In this document: in pieces, positions 38,569 to 49,600 of the stretch
Layout of the letters: each line of letters opens with the position of its first letter
Position numbering within the stretch: the stretch's first letter is position 1
Assembly: GCA_020444425.1 (NCBI GenBank)
Contig: JAHLLB010000016.1
Location: 21,240 to 85,239 of the forward strand
DNA: 64,000 nucleotides
Source: a bacterium
GTDB taxonomy: Bacteria > Electryoneota > Electryoneia > Electryoneales > Electryoneaceae
Direction: 5' to 3'
The notes under the pieces: generated by a model
Seen by the model: the letters and a program-made list of their open reading frames with translations, nothing else
Databases searched by the model: none
Told to the model about the DNA's origin: nothing
Position numbers and translations under genes: made by a program

Positions 38569-40674
38569 TTGCATTGTCGGAGAGAGAGTGTGCGCCATCA
38601 AATAAAAATCTTGATAGGCTTGCAACTACTGGTATTCACAACCGGATGCGAGTACTCCGGACGGCGTAGCTCTGCGTTCCCACTGCAGTACGACGTTGTG
38701 CATCAGTTCACACCTCATGCGTCTCGAGTAATCTGCGTTCCCGGTGATTCGCTTGCAAACGATTGGATGGCCGTTGTCGCGTTCAAAGATCTGGCCACCC
38801 ATCGTGAAAGCTACATTCAGCTCGAAGATCCAGAAAGCCAGGCGGTGATCCGTCGGTTCAACATTACCAACCCAAGCAACACGACTTTCCTGGACACAAT
38901 TCCGCAGCACCTGAACACCTTTTGGTTAAAGACCGATCAACCCGTTGTCGTGTATTCTGTGAATACAAAGGACTCAGTCAGTATCCACCTGCTGAATCTC
39001 TTTACCTGGAGCCATGATCAGTTGTGGTCTCGACCCATTCCATCAGGACGTGAATTGTTTGTTGGTGTTCAGCCGGTCAGGGGTTTAATCGGTGAAGCAC
39101 CTGAATGGCTTTCGATCCAATATCAATCGGGCGATTTCGATTACTCGCAGTGCCTGGTCAGGCTCTCTGGAGATCATGAAATCCTGTTCGATACCCCGTT
39201 CGGTCCGGCGTTGTCCTTTGCTGGTGGGGGAGATGTTGACAGAGATGGGAAAGCTGAATTTCTGGCCGGTTCGAACGCACCTTCGAACGGTGTACACAGG
39301 AATGGTCTCGATGATTCCCATGTCTGGATTGTGTCGTTGAATGACTCTGGCTTAATCGACTGGAATATCGATCTCGGAGAAGGTGGTGGTGGGGGACGGG
39401 TATTCAAACTCGGGCAATCCTGGATCGCAATGAGGCGCGTGACCTCCTATGTAGACCAACCATTCTCAGAGTTTTACAAGTTCGATCCTGCTACGGGTGA
39501 CACAACGTTTCTTGCGAAGCGGACTGGTGTGTTGTGGTCATTGCAGGTCGGTCAGGTCCTAATTGATGCGTTTGTATGGCGTGGAGTGGATAACCGCCTT
39601 CGTATCCTGAATAACGAATTCCAACCGGTTGCAGAATCGCCGGTATTGGATCCTGGGAACATTCGTGGCCAGGTACAACTTGAAAAAGATCAGCACCATT
39701 TGGAATCGTTTTACGTGTACAACAGTCCGGGTGAAACCTGGCTGTTGAATGACTCGCTGGAAGTCATCAGCTACATGCCGTTTGACTATCTCGATTTCTA
39801 TCCAGCAGGGAAAACTCCCGTAGCGATCCGTGGCCGCTATTTGCCGATGAGAGATTCGAACGGGGAGATGCAATTGGTCGAACTTGAATGGCAACCGTGG
39901 TGGACATGGTGGCCGTCTCGCTACCGAACGCAGCTCTTGTACAGTACAGGCACGCCACTTCTGATAGCGTTTTTAGTCGTTGGCACAAGGTATATACGGC
40001 TTCGACGGCGCAGCCGACGTGAACTGGAGCTGCTGTCGAAGCGTCTGGAGCTGCTGTCACGCGACATGATGCGCAAGGAGGATGAACACGACAAACAGAT
40101 CGCGCTTCGTCTGCATGACAACATCGGCCAGGATCTGACCGCATTGAAATTTTCGATTCATCTTGCCGCAGCGAATGGGGACTCCAATACGGTCCGTCAG
40201 CTTGGCGGACAGGTGGATGAACTGATCGAGCGTGTACGACAGGTCAGCCGCGAGATCAGGCCGCCGATCCTGCAACTTCCTATCTGTGACATCATTCAGC
40301 ACGTGGCGGCGGAGTTCGAGCAGCAGTATTCAGTGCCGTGTCAGGTCAAAGTTGATCTGCCTGTTGGCCTGCCGGAATATGTGCGTGCTGCGTTGTATCA
40401 GGTGGCGCGGGAAGCGTTGGCCAATGTGGCACGTCACGCGAACGCATCCAGAGTATGGATTGAGTGTATGACGGAAGACGACGTGCTGATCTGCGAAATC
40501 CGCGATAACGGACGCGGCATTTCACGGGACGACATCCAGCGTGTCGACGCCATCGGGCTTGCGGGGATGCGGGAACGTGTCGGCTCAACAGGCGGCCGGC
40601 TTGAGATCGAACCGGCTGTGAAGGGCGGAACGACAGTCCGTGTTCGTATTCCGGCATCAGCTCTTGTCGATTAG
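38569..40674 (+). CDS. sensor histidine kinase (NarL/HisKA_3-type) with large N-terminal periplasmic sensor domain
   Basis: Lipobox-like LLVFTTGCEY. One TM helix near residue 470. Phosphoacceptor LHDNIGQDLTAL. HATPase_c N-box REALANVARHA and G-boxes. Confidence 0.8.
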   Translation: MHCRRESVRHQIKILIGLQLLVFTTGCEYSGRRSSAFPLQYDVVHQFTPHASRVICVPGDSLANDWMAVVAFKDLATHRESYIQLEDPESQAVIRRFNITNPSNTTFLDTIPQHLNTFWLKTDQPVVVYSVNTKDSVSIHLLNLFTWSHDQLWSRPIPSGRELFVGVQPVRGLIGEAPEWLSIQYQSGDFDYSQCLVRLSGDHEILFDTPFGPALSFAGGGDVDRDGKAEFLAGSNAPSNGVHRNGLDDSHVWIVSLNDSGLIDWNIDLGEGGGGGRVFKLGQSWIAMRRVTSYVDQPFSEFYKFDPATGDTTFLAKRTGVLWSLQVGQVLIDAFVWRGVDNRLRILNNEFQPVAESPVLDPGNIRGQVQLEKDQHHLESFYVYNSPGETWLLNDSLEVISYMPFDYLDFYPAGKTPVAIRGRYLPMRDSNGEMQLVELEWQPWWTWWPSRYRTQLLYSTGTPLLIAFLVVGTRYIRLRRRSRRELELLSKRLELLSRDMMRKEDEHDKQIALRLHDNIGQDLTALKFSIHLAAANGDSNTVRQLGGQVDELIERVRQVSREIRPPILQLPICDIIQHVAAEFEQQYSVPCQVKVDLPVGLPEYVRAALYQVAREALANVARHANASRVWIECMTEDDVLICEIRDNGRGISRDDIQRVDAIGLAGMRERVGSTGGRLEIEPAVKGGTTVRVRIPASALVD

Positions 40675-40785
40675 ATGGTGATTTCAGGGAATGCAGCAGG
40701 GTGCATGGCGGAGAACGTGGGGGATTCGATGGTAGTCACGACCGGAAAACAGTAGTCAAGCGAGGGCTTCAGCCCGGAGAAACCG

Positions 40786-41412
40786 GTGCGCATTATGCTG
40801 GTGGATGATCACCCGGTTCTGCTGATCGGCCTGCAAAGTGTGATTGATCGGGTGCAGGATTTTCGCGTGGTGGCCTCTTGCAAGACACGGGACGAAGCCA
40901 TCCAATACGCGCGTAACCATACTGTGAACGTGATCATCTTCGACCTGATCCTGGATGGGATTCGCGAGTGGCGCACGGTTGAACAGCTCAGCTCGATTCG
41001 TCCGGACGCGAAGATCATCGTGCTCAGTTCGCTGTCGGAAGAGGACGCCGGTGTGGACGCTTTGGAACGTAACTGCGCAGGCTTTCTCAACAAGGAACTC
41101 GCGCCGGAGTTGCTGGAATCGTACATCCGCGAAGCATTGGAAGGGAAGATCGTCGGTAGCGCGAAATTACACCAGTTGTTTCGAAAGGTGTTGACTGGTG
41201 AAACTGACATCACCCGAGTCCTGACGCCTCGGCAACAGGAAATTTTCCGTCTGCTTGGCCAAGGCATGAACGTTAAAGCCATCGCTGACAAACTCAGCCT
41301 CTCCCCGAACACCATCTACAACCAGACGGAAGACATGTGCCGCCGGCTCCAGCTTTCTACCCTCCAGGAATTGACGTACTTCGCCGTACGGCATTCTATC
41401 AACAACCCCTAA
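40786..41412 (+). CDS. NarL/LuxR-family response regulator
   Basis: REC domain (MLVDDHP...) plus C-terminal LuxR HTH (LTPRQQEIFRLLGQGMNVKAIADKLSLSPNTIYN). GTG start. Confidence 0.85.
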   Translation: MRIMLVDDHPVLLIGLQSVIDRVQDFRVVASCKTRDEAIQYARNHTVNVIIFDLILDGIREWRTVEQLSSIRPDAKIIVLSSLSEEDAGVDALERNCAGFLNKELAPELLESYIREALEGKIVGSAKLHQLFRKVLTGETDITRVLTPRQQEIFRLLGQGMNVKAIADKLSLSPNTIYNQTEDMCRRLQLSTLQELTYFAVRHSINNP

Positions 41413-41640
41413 CCCGAGCGCATCACGGAAGCGGCATCTGTCTGCTTCTTGCTACTCAAACCGGTTGCATTCATTACCAAATCTGTTAGGAATTCTTGCC
41501 ATCAGGAGCTGGGAAAATTCCCCGAACTTCGAATAATTTCTGCCATTCCAACGCCGTTAGCACCTGCTTATCCTCACCTACAGACACCGTATCGACTCAA
41601 AGATGCACGGTACGAGTAAACCAGAATTGGGGAGGATTCC

Positions 41641-43728
41641 ATGAACACATTTCGTCTGCTGACCACTCTGACATTGATCTTGGTTCTGGCCGGTACTACC
41701 CAGGCACAGTATCCGGTCGACCAGTACACTCAGGGTCTATGGCATTTTGAAGAAGGCTCTGGTGACACGGCTTTCGATGCCACGAACAACCAGTATGATC
41801 TGACACTTCGCAATGGCGCTGACTGGATTCCGGACGGTTATATCGGCGGAGCGATCGACATGAGTGCACCGGCTGCTCAATTAGTCAGTGCGGATACACC
41901 CGGGAACGGTTGGGACGCAATTACAATTGACGCAATGATCTATATCACGAACCAGTCGGGCGATACGGATGGGTACAACATTATGTCACGTGCCGATTGG
42001 TACAACACAGATGAGTCGTTTCATTTCAGGGTTCGTCATGACATGGGATTGCAAGCGAATATCTGGTTTAATGAACAGGGAGGGGAAGAATCTGAAGTCA
42101 TCAGTGCTCCCAACGAGGTGCAGATGAATACTTGGCATCATGTGCGTATGACCTGGGAAGACGGTCAGCCGATTCGGCTGTACGTGGACGAGCTGGAAGT
42201 AGGCACGGGCAATGAAGCGATTTACGGCATTGTTCGGGCCGGCAGCGACAGCTTGCAGATTGGCTGCCATCGTGCCGATCAGTATGGTTGGGATTATTAC
42301 GACGGCTATTTCGATGAAGTAAGGTTGTCGAATGTCGTCCGCACTGATGGAGCACCGCCGATGGAAGATCTTGGATTCACTGCGGACTTCTGGCTGCATC
42401 GCCGCACAAATACCTACAGTATATTCAGCATGTCTTACGCGGACGGAGCCTATTCTCGTACCAATTTTGGGGTGCGGTATTACATCAACCAGAACAATTC
42501 GACTGGCAACTGGGAATTCCGCTTGTATGACTTTGACAGCGATCTGTTGGCATTGGCTGTAATTAACTATCCAGGTGACCGATGGATCCACTGTACGATG
42601 GAACGTACACCTGAGGGTGAAATCACCGCTGTCTGGGATGCAGATGTGAACCCGGTTACGTTGACAGCAGTAGATGATATGGGAATAGTAGACAATCCAT
42701 TCATCGCTGTACATCCTTCCGGCTACTATAACGTTACCGGTGGATTCTACTTCGATGACGCTACGTTTACCTACAACGACGGAAATCAGCAGGTGACAGT
42801 AGCAGAGGATTTTGAAGACGGGAATTGGAATGAAACCCCGCGCTGGATTCCCTACCGGAATGAAGACCAGGTTTTCGAGGTCAATAGTGAAGAAGCTCAC
42901 TCGGGCAACTACGCTCTCGAAGCATGGCAGGGTGCCAATGGTGACTATTCAGACCACACCACGCTGTACCTGCCGCTGAGCGAACAGTCCATTGAGATGA
43001 CAGCGTTTGCGACGGGCAACACGACAATTCCGGCAACCGGTGGCTACTTGCCGTGGCGAATCCGAATCGTGAACACAACGGATGATGCGATTCAACTCGA
43101 CGGCTGGACCGAAGCGATTCCGCCGGGGTGGAATTATAACGGTCCCACATTCGGCCCAATTGAGTTGGTGCAAGACTTCAATGCACCGGCAAACGGATTG
43201 ATCGTCTACAATCTGACGCAGCCTGTGCCGGGGACAGTTCCAGCTGGACTGTACACGTACATCGTCAAATTGGGAGATTATCCGAATACTCCCATCGCCC
43301 GGTACGAATTCTACTTCACCAAACTCGGTGCTTCCGTGGCAACCGCGGAACCTTACCTCAACTTCCCGGCTGGCAGTTGGTCTGCGCCGACACTGGTTTC
43401 GGTCGAGAGCTCGGATCCGGAAGTTAACTACACCACCGTTTCTACGGATTCCAACAGACCGACTTCATTCCGCATGAGCGCAGCCTACCCGAATCCGTTC
43501 AATCCGGCGACGACGGTCAACGTCTTCCTGCCGAACGCGGCGAATTTAAAGGTATCAGCTTTCAATGTCGCTGGTCAGCAAGTTGCGACCCTGGCAAATG
43601 ATCGGTTTGCCTCGGGTGAGCACGCTTTAACGTTTGACGCATCAAATCTCACCTCCGGTTTGTATTTCATCCGCGCGACAGTTCCGGGTCACCTGGATCA
43701 GGTTCAGAAGGTGATGCTGGTCCGTTGA
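41641..43728 (+). CDS. secreted LamG/concanavalin-like domain protein with Por/T9SS C-terminal sorting domain
   Basis: Signal peptide. C-terminal about 80 aa AAYPNPFNPATTVNVFLPNAANLKVSAFNVAGQQVATL...GLYFIRA matches the TIGR04183-type CTD. Confidence 0.75.
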   Translation: MNTFRLLTTLTLILVLAGTTQAQYPVDQYTQGLWHFEEGSGDTAFDATNNQYDLTLRNGADWIPDGYIGGAIDMSAPAAQLVSADTPGNGWDAITIDAMIYITNQSGDTDGYNIMSRADWYNTDESFHFRVRHDMGLQANIWFNEQGGEESEVISAPNEVQMNTWHHVRMTWEDGQPIRLYVDELEVGTGNEAIYGIVRAGSDSLQIGCHRADQYGWDYYDGYFDEVRLSNVVRTDGAPPMEDLGFTADFWLHRRTNTYSIFSMSYADGAYSRTNFGVRYYINQNNSTGNWEFRLYDFDSDLLALAVINYPGDRWIHCTMERTPEGEITAVWDADVNPVTLTAVDDMGIVDNPFIAVHPSGYYNVTGGFYFDDATFTYNDGNQQVTVAEDFEDGNWNETPRWIPYRNEDQVFEVNSEEAHSGNYALEAWQGANGDYSDHTTLYLPLSEQSIEMTAFATGNTTIPATGGYLPWRIRIVNTTDDAIQLDGWTEAIPPGWNYNGPTFGPIELVQDFNAPANGLIVYNLTQPVPGTVPAGLYTYIVKLGDYPNTPIARYEFYFTKLGASVATAEPYLNFPAGSWSAPTLVSVESSDPEVNYTTVSTDSNRPTSFRMSAAYPNPFNPATTVNVFLPNAANLKVSAFNVAGQQVATLANDRFASGEHALTFDASNLTSGLYFIRATVPGHLDQVQKVMLVR

Positions 43729-43749
43729 TCGTACAGGTGTTGTGCTACA

Positions 43750-43793
43750 CACAGCGGCCGTGGTCAAAACATCATGGCCGCTGTGCTTTTCGA
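43750..43793 (+). terminator. rho-independent terminator
   Basis: Perfect 10-bp stem CACAGCGGCC/GGCCGCTGTG with a 16-nt loop, followed by CTTTTCG. Lies 22 bp after the stop. Confidence 0.6.
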
Positions 43794-44186
43794 GTGGTCC
43801 CGGTTGCATCGTCCAGCTCTCCCAATCAGACAGTCTCCCCAGCTTCCATGCTGACGCAATCCTCTGAAAGCCGCATGACGACTCGTCTCGAGAGCGCTCG
43901 AATTAGTTGGTCACAATCCGTCAAGCTGGCGCGGGATGTTGGACACAGCAACTAAGGATGCCCTGGCTGGGGAACTGATCGACGCTATCAGGCCCGGTTT
44001 CTGACACCGTTCGCGGAATCAGATCCTGTCAATCAGACAACCGCGCCAATCAGTCATGTTTGTATGAAGCGGATTGCGTGCCGTCCGCCTGTTTACGAGC
44101 CCGTCGCGGAGAGGGTTTGGGACAAGGGCAGGGCGGCGCGCGTCTTTCATGAACGCGCTGTCGCTGTCCTTTGCACCTGACGGGTA

Positions 44187-45386
44187 ATGGATTCCAGTGT
44201 TCGTGAAGTGCTATACTTACGCGGTAAGGAGGGAACGCAAGTGCAAGACGTCAGCTTCTTCACACGTTTATCATCCTACTCCCCGCGGGCTGGAAGAAAT
44301 CCGAGAGAAGATTTCTTCACTGAGGCTTTGGCGTGGTTGCTGAACAATGAGCCGAACCTGGCCATCGCCTATGCACAGCACATGTGGTCACTTTCAGCGG
44401 AAAGCGCTGATCGCCCAATCGAGCCACTACCCGAAGTTGCGACAATCGAAGTCGAAACTCAGGTAGTGGCGAATGAAGGCCGGCCGGACATGGTGATGCG
44501 AGGGTATGCGGCGGATGAGGATGGCCGAACACGCCGCAGCAAAACACCAGCATGGATCATGGCGTTCGAGCACAAACTGGACGCGGGGGAGGGAACCAGA
44601 CAGCTACATCGATATGCCTGCTATCTCTGCACCGAAGCTGGCGGAAGGTCTGACCCGATTCCTCACATGCTGGTTTACATCACACGCTACCACAACCCTA
44701 ACTCGGATAACCCTCCCGACCTCGGCGCTCCATTCCAGCCTCTGCGCTGGCGTGATGTCTACAACTTCCTGACCTCTTGGGATGGCAGTGTTCAGGAGCA
44801 AAACAAGTTGTATTTCAGTGAACTGATCAAATTCATGGAGGAGCAGGACATGGCACCGGTTACAGGCTTCAGCCCGTTCCAGCTCGCGACGATTGGAGAG
44901 ATCAACAAAACCTTAGTGTTAATGGACGAATGCATGAGTGGCTTGGCTTGGGAAGCCTTCTTAAATGTTCCACCACAAGGCTGTGATCGCAATAATCCTG
45001 GTGGACACTTATATACCTATGGGTATTTCGGCTATGGCAAAAAACTGGACCAGGAAGCGAAGCTCAGACTTTACATAGGCTTTGGCTTGCAGGAGGAAGA
45101 GGAGTACCCCCGCAGCCACAAGGGCTATCCCGAACTGTTTCTCACAATAGAAAGCGATCTGAAAAAAGCAGATCGGCAGAAGCACTACGATTGGATCAAG
45201 GAACTGCCAATGGAAACCACTGGCTGGAGATCCATAGATGACAGTCCCACCCTGGCCTGCGTACACACTTCCCTAGCAAACTACACCAGTCATGGTGAGC
45301 ACCAGATCGATCAGATCCAGAACTGGTTCGCCGGCCATCTGCGGAGACTGTCCATCTATATCAAAGCACACCCAGTGCCGCTATAA
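44187..45386 (+). CDS. hypothetical protein with possible PD-(D/E)xK nuclease core
   Basis: GRPDMVM...AWIMAFEHKLDA resembles the D...(D/E)xK arrangement. Otherwise no match I can name. Confidence 0.4.
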   Translation: MDSSVREVLYLRGKEGTQVQDVSFFTRLSSYSPRAGRNPREDFFTEALAWLLNNEPNLAIAYAQHMWSLSAESADRPIEPLPEVATIEVETQVVANEGRPDMVMRGYAADEDGRTRRSKTPAWIMAFEHKLDAGEGTRQLHRYACYLCTEAGGRSDPIPHMLVYITRYHNPNSDNPPDLGAPFQPLRWRDVYNFLTSWDGSVQEQNKLYFSELIKFMEEQDMAPVTGFSPFQLATIGEINKTLVLMDECMSGLAWEAFLNVPPQGCDRNNPGGHLYTYGYFGYGKKLDQEAKLRLYIGFGLQEEEEYPRSHKGYPELFLTIESDLKKADRQKHYDWIKELPMETTGWRSIDDSPTLACVHTSLANYTSHGEHQIDQIQNWFAGHLRRLSIYIKAHPVPL

Positions 45387-46379
45387 ACCGCCATCCGTGT
45401 ACATCGACAGCATTCCGGCAAGACGGTTGCGGAGATCGTCCCGCATCTCCGACGGAGCGAGCAACTCGGCGTGCTCACCCCAGCGCAGAATCCACGCGAT
45501 CAGTTCTTCGGTCGGGCCGACGTGCATCGTGAGTTCGCAGCAGCCATCATCGAGGTCGGTGATGGTCTGTGACGGGTGCCAGGTGCGTTCCCGGATCGCG
45601 TTCGCCACGGTTGCATTGAACCGGATGCGGACATCCACCGGCTCGGCGTGCCAGAGCCCGAAGTTGTCGGCGAGGAACTTGGTCAGGCTGAATTCGGGGT
45701 CGCGGTCGAAGACGTCGTTGGTCAGATTCAAATCCCGAACGCGGTGCAGCGCGAGGTAGATGAAGTTGTCGTGCTTCGGGACATGCACCACGCTGTACAT
45801 CGCGCCTCGGTGCAGCAGGAGGCTGTACGGCCGCGCGCGGAACTTCGAGGTGTGATCCACCCGCGACTGGTACTCGACGACAATTTCGCGGCGTTCGAGG
45901 ATCGCGCGGAACAGCGGTCGCAGGATGTCGGCGGACAGTTCCGGGTTCGGGCTGCCGGCGTTGTGGATGTGGATCACGTCCTGCGGGCCCTGGAAGCCGC
46001 TGGACATCGCCACGCTGTCCTTCGGCACCAGGTGACGGATCTTGTCGAACAGGCCGTGGAGATCGTCCCCGATGCGGCTGCCGGCGAAGGTGGACGCGAA
46101 CGGCGCCAGCAGCATCGCGGCGATGACCTCGTCCGGGTCGAGCAACTGCGGGGTGTAGTTGAAGCCGCGGCGGAGCGTGTAATGGAAGGTGTTGTGCGGC
46201 CCCTTGCTGATCTCGAGCGGGATGTTCGCGTTCTGGATCGCCTTCAACGTGCGGTCGATCGCCCGCTTCGACTCGCGCCCGTCGAACACGCGGTGGAGGT
46301 CATCCACGGTGACGTTGTCATACGTGCTCAGCCGCAACAGAATCCGCAGCGCGCGTTCCAGTGTCGTCATCTCCGCCAT
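45381..46379 (-). CDS. HTH-WYL-WCX transcriptional regulator (BrxR/CapW/PafBC-like)
   Basis: N-terminal wHTH (LERALRILLRLSTYDNVTVDDL). Central WYL region (LLLHRGAMYSVVHVPKHD). C-terminal extension domain. Divergent from the McrB-like gene. Confidence 0.75.
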   Translation of the reverse strand: MAEMTTLERALRILLRLSTYDNVTVDDLHRVFDGRESKRAIDRTLKAIQNANIPLEISKGPHNTFHYTLRRGFNYTPQLLDPDEVIAAMLLAPFASTFAGSRIGDDLHGLFDKIRHLVPKDSVAMSSGFQGPQDVIHIHNAGSPNPELSADILRPLFRAILERREIVVEYQSRVDHTSKFRARPYSLLLHRGAMYSVVHVPKHDNFIYLALHRVRDLNLTNDVFDRDPEFSLTKFLADNFGLWHAEPVDVRIRFNATVANAIRERTWHPSQTITDLDDGCCELTMHVGPTEELIAWILRWGEHAELLAPSEMRDDLRNRLAGMLSMYTDGGL

Positions 46380-46685
46380 GAGGTCGCTCTTCCCGAAGTC
46401 AGCTGATGGTCGTGAGTATGGTTGAGTCTGAGAGTGTCGGGTGTAGGTATGGGTCCAGATTGTCTCGATTTGACATTCTGGATGACCAAGATAGAGTCGA
46501 ACTCTGCTGGCGGCAATGGCATGGCGAATGGCAGACTGCTATGGATAGCTTTTGGCGATAAAAGTCGAGAAATAGTCAGCTTAGGCTCCGGGAGGACAGG
46601 GGTGGAAAAGTACTTTTCTACAGTCCAACTGGTGCATGTGCGATAAAACAGATACATCCTAGCCTCGATTCCACAGGGAGAAGTC

Positions 46686-49600
46686 ATGGCACGTCCGGAC
46701 TGGGTGAACAAACTGGACTGGCAAAACGCACTGGCTAAATTGCAACAGGTTCGTGAGGATGTCGAGTCGGGGTCGTCGGCGGACGATCAGTTCTTTCGTG
46801 AGATGCAGACGAACCGGGAAGAAGTGTTCGGCCGATTCGGTCATCTGGTGCAGTCCGATGGCATTGACCGCATGGATCGTGACGACCTGATTGAATTCAT
46901 GCGGATCAAGAACAACAAGCACTGGCCGATGGAACGTCAGATAAGCACCATTCCTGAGGATGTTGACGAGATCCGACACGGGCTGCGATTCCTGATCGAC
47001 GAGTCGGTTCTGCTCGAGGACCGACTCAACGACATGTTGCACAACGGTCCGCACGCCATCCCCGGCGCCGGTATCAACCTGATCACCGCCCTGCTGCTGA
47101 TGTTGGATCCTGAACGCTACGGTGTGTGGAACAGCAAATCCGCGAATGCCCTCGAAGCACTCAACATTTTCCCGCCGAAGCAGCGTGGTGAAAAGAAGGG
47201 CACACAGTACGTCAAGGTCGCGGAAACCTTGCGTAATCTATCCGTCGAATCCGGGCTCGAACTGTGGGTTCTGGACGGTTTGTTGTGGCGAACAGCGGCA
47301 GTCGTGGAGGCCGAACATCCGGACGAACCGGATACGAAAAAACTAGCGGAAGAATTGAAGTCGTCCGATGTTCATGCCTGGTTCATCGTTGCGAACCCGA
47401 AGTACTACCGGCTGACCGATGCACTTGAAGATGGGAAGCGCGAATTTACCTGGACGGTGATGGCTCAACATCAGAAGGTGATGCATCCCGGTCAACCGTG
47501 TTATTTCTGGATAACGGGAAGCAAGGGTGGATTGATCGCGAAAGGCAAGGTGATCGGCGACATCTTTGTCGGCCCGGATGATCCGGAGGATCGCAAATAT
47601 GGGGGACGTACCGCAGAAGGTGAAGAGACCACGCGTGTCCGACTAATGGTGGAAGAATTACTCGATGGAAAAGTCACTCGTGATGTGCTGAAACGCGATC
47701 CCATCCTGTGCAAGCATCCACTTATCACCTTCGGCCAAGGAAGTCAGTTCAGGCTATCCAAGTTTCAAACACTTCTACTTGAAGATCTGATTGCCGATCC
47801 CGGGTTCAAGCGCATGGTGCTTTTCGTTGTGACACACGACCAGAAAACCGGCAAGGACTTGTGGAGTTGGTTCCTGAAGGATTCATTTGCCGGTGCGAGT
47901 TGGACCGAACCCAATAGTGATTCAATTGGTGATATGAGTCAGTATGCATCCGAAACAGAATTCCGTACCGCCGTAAAAAATGCGCTCGGTATCATTCCTC
48001 TAAGTTCTCCTGGATTCTGGTTTATGACAACGATACGAGAAGGTGATCTCGTTGTGGCACGGTACGGTACAGCTTTGATCAAAGGTCTCGGACGGTTAGC
48101 TGGCGGAACTTACAAGCATACCGACGAACCTCCAACCGAAAGGGTGTCCGTACTCTGGGAAGAAGATTTCAAGGAACAGAAACCGCTTAAACTTGGTCTT
48201 TCCCCAACGCCGGTGTATCGCTTTCGCAATTCCGCATGGTTGCGTCCGATGCTTTACGGCGAACCAGTCGATCACAACGAAGAGAACCCTCCCGAGGATG
48301 AACTCCTCGGACAGTCCGCAGCTGAAGAATTCAAGCCATACACCGTCGAAAACGTAATCCTCCAAGGCCCACCGGGTACGGGCAAAACATGGCTGGCGCG
48401 ACGTATGGCAGTGCTGCTCTGCCAGCGGCCGCACCTCGGCATAAAGAAGGCACAGGCCATCGCCGAAGACTCGAAAAGCGGTATCGACTTGGGCCACGAT
48501 CAGTACAAGGATTTGGAAACACAGGGCCGTGTTAAGTTCGTCACGTTCCACCAAAGCTTCGGGTATGAGGAGTTCGTCGAAGGCATCCGACCACAGCTTA
48601 AACGCGAGGGTTCCAGTAGCGAAATCAGTTACGAACTGCATGCTGGAATTTTTAAGCGTATCGCGCTGCTGGCGGCGAGTGAAGCTCTCCCAAAGGACGG
48701 GGAAGAGGGAAGAGATGCTGGTTCTACGAAATTCGATGACCTGTGGGAACAGTTATTTGCCAATGCGTCGGCTGTCGAAGGTGGCCTTCCTGTATACAGT
48801 CGGCGCGACTATCGCTATACCATACAACCTGGTGCCGATGAGACTGAGCTGATAATCGTACGTGATCTTGAGAGTGCAGATCAGCCTGAAGGTGATGACG
48901 ATGATGAGGTATCTCATCGTTTGCAAACGGGCAGCAAGACTAAAGCGTATCCTCGCAGTTTTCGCTCTACAAACGGGTATCTGCGGCTATTTTGGAACCA
49001 CCGAAAACGCATTGGGTCTTTTCGGCAGGATCCAAACGTCGAAGAAATGCGGAATGTACTGCGAGAAGTACGCGGAACTGAGGGCAACTTCCAGGCGACG
49101 TACAATCTCCTGATCCTGGGTGAACTTGAACGGCTTGCGGATATGGAACGGGATCAACCGGTTCAGGACTTGACTTTACCAGAAGTTCAACGTAGTCGGC
49201 GAACGCTTGCCCAAAACAGGATGAACAGGAAGCAGGGCATAGCATTTGACGGAACAGAAAACGCTTACGTCCTTATCATTGACGAGATCAACCGGGCCAA
49301 CATCAGCTCGGTGCTGGGTGAACTGATCACATTGATCGAGCCAAACAAGCGGCTGGGTCAGCCGGAAGAGGTGACGGTCACCCTACCCTATTCCAACAGC
49401 ACGTTCGGTGTCCCGCCCAACCTGTTCATCATCGGCACGATGAACACCACCGACCGTTCGATTGCGTTGCTCGACACCGCATTGCGCCGCCGGTTTAAGT
49501 TCATCGACCTACCGGCGGACTCCTCCGTCGTGAGACACCTTATAGGGAAGGCGTTGACAGCAGAAGATTTCAAGGTTCCAGAAGGTATGACAACCAGCCT

